A model generated the notes under the pieces. It worked only from the letters and a program-made list of their open reading frames with translations, was not told the DNA's origin and searched no databases. Position numbers and translations under genes: made by a program. 64,000 nucleotides of DNA from Schmidtea nova (taxonomy: Eukaryota), in the NCBI GenBank assembly GCA_044892505.1, contig CM097882.1:183520001-183584000 (forward strand), written 5' to 3'. Positions 36,393-44,980 of the stretch are shown here, piece by piece; within the stretch, counting starts at the first letter, position 1, and each line of letters opens with the position of its first letter.

Positions 36393-39300
36393 ACATCAAA
36401 TACAGGACCAGTATTAACTACAACCATAGAAATAAATGGAAAAGAAATAGAAGCGATGATAGATACAGGAGCAAACATTTCGGCAATAGATATTAAATGG
36501 ATACCGCAAGAACAGAGACAAGAAGTTGAAAGAACAAATGTTCATGTAATCGCATGTAGTAAAGAGATAGTTGAAGTTGCAGGAAGATGGTGGGTGAAAA
36601 TACGACACCAAAATATAGAAATCGAAACGTATGTAGCAGTAATACCGGCTTTAAGTGTACCATGTATAATCGGAACAGATTTAATGCCAACACTATTCAA
36701 AGAAATAATCATCGATCTTGGAACAATGAGATTAAAGGACAGAACAAGGAAAATAGGTGCCATGGAAGCAAAAATAATGATACCGGAAGAAAGAATCATG
36801 ACGAGATCACAAACCATCAGAATAAATATGCTCAGAGCGGAAGAAATTAACACAACTAGTCAAGTAGACAGTGAGAAAATCGATGTTGACAAAGAAATCG
36901 TACGAAAAGCCAAAGAAATAAACGAAAGATGGGAAATCAGACAAGGAAAAGACGTTTTATGGGATATACGACAAATAATCAGTGATTACGCACGAGGATG
37001 CCCAACCAAACCAATCATAATAGAATTACTAAAGAAAATACCAGAGATACTCGTATTACAAGATACAGGAGGTGCAACTGCACTACACAATGCCATAAGT
37101 TGGGGTAAAACGGAAAAGGTAAAAGAATTCTTGAAAATAGCAAAAGAAACGAATCAAAATCTAGACATTGTAAATCGAGAATTAGAAACGCCAATGATGA
37201 CAGCAACACTAAGCTTAGCAGATAAAAAAATAGTAGATATGCTGATCAACGCAGAATTCAACTGGACAGCTCGAAATAGAAGAGGAAACACAGTTTTAAA
37301 CCATGTAATAATGAGTGAAAATCAAATGATACTAAAACATATAACAACCAACCTCACATGGGAAATCGATGAATTAATCAAAGGAGAAATTATGAAGGAA
37401 GCGATTCGGAAAGGAAACACTAAAACCATATGGAAACTAATACAATGGAAATGGCCGAATAATAAAATATGGGTATTAGATATAAACAAAGAATTTAGCG
37501 AAGGACAGAACGCGCTATTGAGATACTTATTAGAGTTTACGTGCGATCAGAGAACAATGTTAGCACTAATAAATAGAGGAAAAATAAATATTAGTAAAAA
37601 CGAAGAGGAATATAAACTAGAAGTCGAAAAGAAAGCGTTATTCAGGAAAATTTGGGTATGGTGTCAAAAACAACTACGCAAAGACATAAGCTACAAAAAT
37701 CTAAATGATTTCCAAGAAAAGTATAAAACGATAATAAAGGAATACAAGAAGCTAGTGGAGATATTAAACGATCCAGAAAAATTTAATCAAGCGATAAATC
37801 AGAAAGAAGAAGAAAGTAAAAGGATACTCACACCATTGTTCAACGCGAAAATAGATTACCAAGAAAGATTAGATGCAATACAGAAAAAAGCAAAGGAACT
37901 ATTACCAGAATTCAAAGATACAAAATACGCCTTGGAAATACTTGGCGCAATAGTAGAAAAAGTACACGCGTACGCGAAAGGAATATATAATGGAAACGAT
38001 ATAATAATTATAAAAAGAGAAATGCCAGTTGCATTTTTACTAACTAAAGAAAGAATAATGCCGATTCATAGAGCATTGAGAGCAGGAAAAGACAGTAAAG
38101 TAATCGAAATCGCAAGATTAATGCATCAATGTGGATGTGATATGAATATGATAGACGAAAAAGGAGACACCCTCATGGTATACGCAGCAAGAGCAAAAAC
38201 AAAAATCAAAGTATTAGAAGAGTTATATAAAGCAGGTGCAGGATTAATCGGGAAAACGGTCAAAGACAACTCAATATTAGACGTGACATTATTAGGTCCA
38301 AACTGGGAAATGTTGAATTTCATTAAAACGATAACAAACCAAGAAGAGATAGATTATTTAACAGAAACCGTAAAAGGACCAAGCGTATTGACAATGATGC
38401 AAAACATCAAATTGACAGAAGAAGTATTAAACTGGAAAATACCAAATACAAATAAACCAGCATTTAAAGTTAACAAGTTTATGGAGAATAATCGAAATTG
38501 GTGTATCCAAAGCGCACTAATAACTTATATATGGCCCGAAATTGTAGAAATTTTCATGAGAAGAGAAGATCTGAGATTTACAAACAAGCCCAAAGAAACG
38601 GAAAAGGTAGTTAAATGGAAAGAATTGATGAAAACACACCTTCAAAGATGGATAAAAGCCAAGAAAGAAATTATACAGTATCAGTTAGACAACAAAAAGA
38701 TACCCGAAGATATAGAATTCCAAGAATTCGAAGCAAGTAACTTAACATCACTATATTATGCAAAACTAATAGAAACAAGTAATGTCGAGGACGACATTTT
38801 TAACGAGCCAGGGAGAGATAATAATACTGACAATGATGATGACGATGAAGAAAACAAGGACGACGAGAGAAATAAAGACGATGATGATGAAAACAATCAC
38901 GGAAATCCAGATAACCACGAACAAACCAATAAAGAAGACGAGAATCAAGAGAGAAATACAAAGAACCACGAATCCAAAGAACAAAGAGAAGACAACCCTA
39001 AAAACAATCATGAAAAGAAAGGAACAAGTTACAGAAGGAATCCATTATTCAGACCAGAAGTATTAATGTTCGCAATAATCATAACACTTATGGGACAATG
39101 TGAAGCAACGAAACAAGAGATATCAGTAGAAATGGAAGTACCAATACAAAAAGCATCAACACAAATAATGAATTCAAAGGACATTGAACAAGTATGTTGG
39201 GTAAAAGAGAATGAAATTCTCGGAGATAACAACCTATTACGATGTATAATTCCAAACCCCGATCGAAAAACCATAATAATAGACGAAATGGATATGGAAA

Positions 39301-41033
39301 CATGGTACAGAATATGTACAATCAGAAAACCCAAAGACGAAAAATCACACAAAACAGTTACATGCCAAGTATACAAGACACCCAAAGTCCGATACGAGTT
39401 CGCCAATGGAATAGACCTTCCAGGACCAATTTATTTTAAAATAACAAGAGCACCAGCATCTAGAAAAGTCTTACAACAACCAAGAACCAAGACAACAATA
39501 CCAAGTACAAGGAATACAACGGATAAACCAGAAGCAAACGGAGGAAATACAACGGTTAAACCAGAACCAAAAAGACGAATGAAACAAACCACAAGAGTAA
39601 TCTATAACTCCAAGTTGTTATGTATAGCACTTATTATGACAATACTGAAGCGATTAGAAGAAGGAATAGAGATGGATACAATGACATTAATAGACATGGA
39701 AGAGACACAAATGACAAATCAAAAATGTTGGTTTAGAAACGATGAAAAATTAGAATTAAAGGAATCAAGAGAAATTCAGAAACTGGAAGCGAGTAAAACG
39801 AACAAAGTAATCAAGATAATAAAGATAAAAACAGACAGAATTCATAAACTATGTTTATTGGAAAAAGAGAGAAACAAGAAAGGAATAACCAATTGTAAAA
39901 CATTTCAAGCAGGAAAAATAATAACGTTTGCAAGAAAAATGGGAAAAGGAAACAAACAGAATTTCCAGAAATTAACCATAACGTTAGAAATAACGGGAAT
40001 AGAACAAAACGTAAACGGAGTATGCTGGAGAAAATACGAGAAAGAAACGAATAAACCTAAATCATCACAATGTCAAACAATCAGAGGAACAACTGCAGTA
40101 CAAATAAAAAGCTTAGAAAGAAATCAAACTTATGAAATATGCCTAATAAAGGAAAATGATCAAATAACGAAAGAAGATTAAGAATGCAGAATATACAAAA
40201 CACCGAACAGAGTAAAAACCAGTAAAGCAATACGAAAGAATAAAAGACAACAAAAACCGAAGCATACCACTACCGAAAGTCAAACAGAACCAGAGAGGAA
40301 AACCTCAGCAACACTTATACTTTGGAAATTAGATGACAAAACAGTGGAAATATGTTGGACAATGATCAAGAAATACGAAGAAAGACAACCACAACAATGC
40401 GAAAAGATGAATAAAGAAGAGGAGATCAGAATTCAGAACCTACAATTGGACAAACAATACGAAATATGCGCAATAGAAAAGGCAGATAAATTTGGAAACC
40501 AGCAAGAAAAATGTGGAAACTATTATACACCGACAAATACAACGATCAAAGGAAGAATCAAGAAACTGACCTTCGGAGAATTGAAGCAAACAACGAAACA
40601 AATGGAAAACGAGGAAACAATAATAGATTCTTATGCCCAATGGAAACCAGAGAAAGTAATTCAGGAAGTCAAAAGGAAACAACAAGAACGACAACAATTG
40701 GAACTCAAATTGAAAGGACAATATGGACCAATAATCAATCAGAGCAAATTCACCCAAATCAATGTTAACAAGCAAGGAAGAGAACTAATTGGAGTAGGAA
40801 TACTGGCAGTATGCGTACCAATAATAATAATAATATTATCAATAATATGGTTATGGGACATAATAAAAAAGAAACCAACCAGACAATGGCCAGATATAAA
40901 GATCATGAATTGTAAAATCAAAATACCTGAAGAAGTGAAGAAAGAATTCCAAAGAAGAACCAAAGGCAAAGAATTTTGGAAGCAAATAGAAGACGAGGAG
41001 CGACACGATGAAAAAGCAGTGATGATAGTATAG
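36393..41033 (+). CDS. Polyprotein, 3' part: retropepsin, two ankyrin clusters, acidic linker, internal signal peptide, four FN3-like repeats, TM; one in-frame TAA at 40179-40181
   Basis: Joins in frame to 22830 (...IAVM|TSNTG...); MIDTGANISAI...CIIGTDL; GATALHNAISWG, GNTVLNHVI, GDTLMVYAA; frame stays open from 40182 into track ORF 40344-41033. Confidence 0.9.
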
Positions 41034-41154
41034 AGGGTGGGATATGACTGTAAATAATATTGTAAATTACAAAGCATTACCGTATATAGTATGGGTATTA
41101 GTATTATAAAGTAGATAAAAGAGAAAAGAGAAAAATAATAATGTATTTTAGAAA

Positions 41155-41490
41155 ATGAATGTACGAGAAGAAACAACCGAAATGACTTTGACTATGCGAT
41201 GGAAAGCACAATGTGAAACGTTAGTTCGATCAATTAATGCACTACAGAATCAACTGGTAGAGAAGCAAAATATATTAGCAGATTGTTACAACAATATTTT
41301 CGAACAGTTACATAAAATAGAAGAGCAACAGAGAACAATAACAGAACTAACAAGAGAGAATCAAAGATTGAGACAAACGATGGAAATAAATCAACTAACA
41401 AGAAGAGATGAATCAGAAGGTCAATGGCTAGATTGGGTAATAAATGGATTAGAGAATGGTATAGAACCAGATTCAACGAGCGAACCATAG
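41155..41490 (+). CDS. 111-aa coiled-coil accessory protein
   Basis: Heptad pattern; ATG after TTTTAG|AAA; same A-rich composition as the polyprotein. Confidence 0.7.
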   Translation: MNVREETTEMTLTMRWKAQCETLVRSINALQNQLVEKQNILADCYNNIFEQLHKIEEQQRTITELTRENQRLRQTMEINQLTRRDESEGQWLDWVINGLENGIEPDSTSEP

Positions 41491-41586
41491 TCAAATTGTA
41501 GCGGAAAATTGTATATATGTAAAAATAAAACTCTAGAAAAATCAAAAACAAAGAACAAATCAATGTATGTATATATTATTGTAGAA

Positions 41587-42942
41587 ATGGATAAAGAGGA
41601 ACGAGCAGTCGAGATTTTGAGAGCAGCAAACAGAAATTGGAACAAGAGATTTGTATGTGGATATTGTAATAATTTATTACGGAAACCAAAGCAAACCGCC
41701 TGTGGATGTAGATTATGCACCAGATGTGTACAAATGTTGGAACTAAAGAAAATAACAGAATGTCCAGAATGTAAAGAAGGACAAATAGTATTAGACGAAA
41801 CAAGACCAGATAGAGCAACTCAGAGAGAAATCATGAGCATATTAATTGAATGTATAAATCCACCGTGCATATGGCAAGGACAAATCAGCGAAATTGAAAA
41901 TCATATAGAAAATTGTGAAGAAAAGAGAAGCGAATGTGAAAGGTGTAAAGAAACGATAATTTTAAAAGACAAAGAGAAACACAGAGGTGAATGCAAAGAG
42001 GAAGAAATCGCATGTAAATATTGCGAAATTCGAGAAACAAGGAGAAGAATTGAAGAGGAGCACATCAATATAAAAGAAGAAAAAATATGCGAACAGTATG
42101 TAGGAGTGTGCCCAAACAAATGTGAAATTACCGAAGAAGTGAAATTACGAGAACATTGGGAAAAGTGTACAGAAATACCAAGAGAATGTCCTTACAACAG
42201 ATATGGATGCAAGGAAAAGAAGTCTCAACAAAATATTAAACAACATTTAGAAACAGAAGCAATCAATCATATTGAAATGACAGACAGAACAATTCAGAAA
42301 TTAGAAAAAGAAGTGGAATCTCATAAAATAATGATGAACCTATTATTAGAAACGAGAGAACAGTTTGAATTAACCCGAGGAAAGATGGAAAAGAAAATAA
42401 TAGCCATCAAGGAATTAGCAAAAGGAATGAAAGTACAATATAACAAGTTAATACAAGAAATTGATGAGAAAAAAGATTTACCAATAGCACCTTATGTGTG
42501 GAAAATAACGGATTTCCGAAATAAATTGGAAGATGCACGAAGCTTCAAGAAAACTGCGGTAATAAGCCCACCATTTTACTTATGGAAAAACGGGGCTAAA
42601 GTGAGACTGAAAGTATATCCAAACGGAGATGGGAAAAGTATTGGAAAACACATATCAATATTTTTTGCGTTTTGCAAAGGAGAATATGACGATTTAATCG
42701 ATTGGCCGATAGGAGTAGGAGTAATGATAAAAATCAGGGGTTTAAACGAAACCATAGAAAAGAGATTCACGACAGAAAAAGGAGCAGTTACGAGTAACAG
42801 ACCAACAGAAGAATGTGGATTAGCAAGTGGAGAACCACACTTTGTATTACAAAGCAAGATATGGGGATTATTGTATGAGGACACCTTATACATAGAAATG
42901 GAAAGGAACGAGAAGGCAGATAGAAAAGGATGGTTGGCGTAG
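41587..42942 (+). CDS. Full-length TRAF-like protein (RING, TRAF zinc fingers, coiled coil, MATH)
   Basis: CGYC...ACGCRLCTRC...CPEC; zinc fingers such as CPYNRYGC...HLE; MATH YVWKITDF...SPPFY...LKVYPNGDG...HISIFF...GEYDDLIDWP; likely ATG at 41587 after TGTAG|AA. Confidence 0.93.
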   Translation: MDKEERAVEILRAANRNWNKRFVCGYCNNLLRKPKQTACGCRLCTRCVQMLELKKITECPECKEGQIVLDETRPDRATQREIMSILIECINPPCIWQGQISEIENHIENCEEKRSECERCKETIILKDKEKHRGECKEEEIACKYCEIRETRRRIEEEHINIKEEKICEQYVGVCPNKCEITEEVKLREHWEKCTEIPRECPYNRYGCKEKKSQQNIKQHLETEAINHIEMTDRTIQKLEKEVESHKIMMNLLLETREQFELTRGKMEKKIIAIKELAKGMKVQYNKLIQEIDEKKDLPIAPYVWKITDFRNKLEDARSFKKTAVISPPFYLWKNGAKVRLKVYPNGDGKSIGKHISIFFAFCKGEYDDLIDWPIGVGVMIKIRGLNETIEKRFTTEKGAVTSNRPTEECGLASGEPHFVLQSKIWGLLYEDTLYIEMERNEKADRKGWLA

Positions 42943-43047
42943 CAAGAGAAAACAATCGTGTAAATAAACTGTACAAAACCATATAAAATGATAAATAAAC
43001 AAAAATAATAAAAGTAGTCTGATTGAAAATATTTGTAATTATAGAAA

Positions 43048-44151
43048 ATGGGAAACGTCGAAATCAGTTTACAAGAAGTTACCGCACATCAAGATGAAGT
43101 TATTTGTGAGCATTTAGAACAAATTGAAAGTTGGATCCACGCATATTACCACAAACAAAAAGAAGTAGAAAGACAAGCCGAACAAATAAAAGAAGCCAAA
43201 AGATTAAAGCGATTAAGTCAAGATAAAATAGATGAACTATATGAATTATTAGAAAAACAAAAAGAATATTATAAAAAGATGATGAAAGAACGACGAGAAG
43301 AAAGAGAGCGAGAACGAACAGAAATGGAACGGAAAATGTACTCCATTACCGAGCAAGCAAGATATTGGAAAAAAGAAGCGAAAGAATCGTATACGAAAGC
43401 AAGAGAAATAATCGAAAGAACGGCGTACCGCGATGATTGGAAGTTATTTGAAGAAATCGATAAATTAAAAGAGGAATTAGAACAGAAAACCTATCAGGAA
43501 ATATCGAGCAAAAAATTGAATAAAAAGAGACAACAATTCATCAGAGAGCAAGCAGGAAAAATTAAACAACTTATGCACCAGATTGAAAGGTCGGAAAGAG
43601 AATTATATTTCAGTAAACAACAATCAGATGCAAACCTCAGAGCAGGGATGCAGAAAGAGGAAGATATGAAGCGCGATATTAATGGTTATCAAGGAGTAAT
43701 CACTCAAAAGAAGATAGAATTAAAGAAAGCGAAAGAAAGATTAGAAGAAGCAAAGCAAAGCTATGAAGAAAATTTATTAAAATTAGAAGAAGCAAAACAA
43801 AGCTATGAGGAAAATTTATTAAATTTAACCAAAGAAAATGAAGAGTTGAAACAAAAACTGATACAAAAATTAACACCACCAAAAGAGACAGATATCACCA
43901 AAGCAGTAATAAAAATGATGGAAGAGGAAGAGAAAATCAAAAAAATAACAGAATTAGAAAAACAGATCGAAGCATTAACAGAACAATCAAATTATTTAGA
44001 ATATCTGTTAGACGAAGAAATTCAATTATCACACTTCTATCGAGACGAAGTAACAATGTGGAGAAACACGATAGTGTGGTTACCACTCCCTACGAATCAA
44101 GTGGAACCTCAAGATGAAGGTTTTCACGAACCAAATGAGTCGTTAGTTTAA
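43048..44151 (+). CDS. 367-aa long coiled-coil protein
   Basis: E/K/Q-rich heptads with an in-frame 14-aa duplication LEEAKQSYEENLL(K); ATG after TATAG|AAA. Confidence 0.8.
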   Translation: MGNVEISLQEVTAHQDEVICEHLEQIESWIHAYYHKQKEVERQAEQIKEAKRLKRLSQDKIDELYELLEKQKEYYKKMMKERREERERERTEMERKMYSITEQARYWKKEAKESYTKAREIIERTAYRDDWKLFEEIDKLKEELEQKTYQEISSKKLNKKRQQFIREQAGKIKQLMHQIERSERELYFSKQQSDANLRAGMQKEEDMKRDINGYQGVITQKKIELKKAKERLEEAKQSYEENLLKLEEAKQSYEENLLNLTKENEELKQKLIQKLTPPKETDITKAVIKMMEEEEKIKKITELEKQIEALTEQSNYLEYLLDEEIQLSHFYRDEVTMWRNTIVWLPLPTNQVEPQDEGFHEPNESLV

Positions 44152-44224
44152 AGAAGCGAAAAATTCGTTGTAAATATCTGTAAAATAACAATGACAAACT
44201 GTATTGACAAATTTGTAAAGTGAA

Positions 44225-44788
44225 ATGAAGAAACTCGCAATACTGATAATCGTAAACGTAATCGAGATCACCCAACAAAGAGAAGACCGTCCGATATCAA
44301 AAGAAAATCTACAAGTCTTACCCGATAAAATCTATAAAGAAATAGATAATCTATTAAAAGAAACAGTCAGAGAAATCTCTCAAATTCAATTGTCAACAGC
44401 ACGTAACCCAGTATCAACGCAACAAACCCTGTGCAAAATCAATAACAAATTAGAGAAGATTCGAAAAACCCTAAAAGAAAGTAAAGAAACTATAAAGAGT
44501 TTACATCGAGCAGAAATTCAATACCAAGAAAGATGGATCGTTGCGATTATAATCGTGTTAACAATTAGTACAACAACCTGCGCAATTACCATTCTCATCG
44601 CAGTATATAGAATAAAGATCCTAAAACAAAAACAATCAATCATCAACCAAACAACAGCACATGATGACAATGCCCGAAGACAAATGAGAAATCAGCTCAA
44701 CAGAATACGAACCCAATACGAATTACCAGCAATTCCACAGAACCAGTCCAATCCAGTGCGAGTTATGAACTATTTATATAAACTATAA
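44225..44788 (+). CDS. 187-aa putative type I membrane protein (signal peptide, helical ectodomain, TM)
   Basis: MKKLAILIIVNVI...; TM WIVAIIIVLTISTTTCAITILIAVY followed by a basic stop-transfer segment. Confidence 0.75.
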   Translation: MKKLAILIIVNVIEITQQREDRPISKENLQVLPDKIYKEIDNLLKETVREISQIQLSTARNPVSTQQTLCKINNKLEKIRKTLKESKETIKSLHRAEIQYQERWIVAIIIVLTISTTTCAITILIAVYRIKILKQKQSIINQTTAHDDNARRQMRNQLNRIRTQYELPAIPQNQSNPVRVMNYLYKL

Positions 44789-44945
44789 TTACTTAACGAA
44801 ATATTTGATTAACAATTATCTGAATTTTCTTTATATTTTCTTTGTGATTACGTATATACTAAACTCACCTTATGTGAATCTTTATACATATGTATCAAAA
44901 GTAGAAATTTTTATGAATGTTGAATATAAGTAATATTGTATAATT

Positions 44946-44980
44946 AATTGCGGGACGCAATTTTAGGGGTCCGCTAGTGA
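44946..44980 (+). promoter_or_regulatory. Atypical PPT region: hairpin AATTGCG-GGA-CGCAATT then TTAGGGGTCCGCTAGTGA abutting the 3' LTR
   Basis: Lies directly before TGTTGG at 44981; only a short purine run. Confidence 0.5.

Noticed and set aside
15223-44788. Reverse transcriptase, RNase H or integrase in the LTR element
   Set aside because: No YxDD in RT context, no HHCC or DD35E; DD dipeptides occur only in acidic linkers. By-eye negative, pending HMM search.
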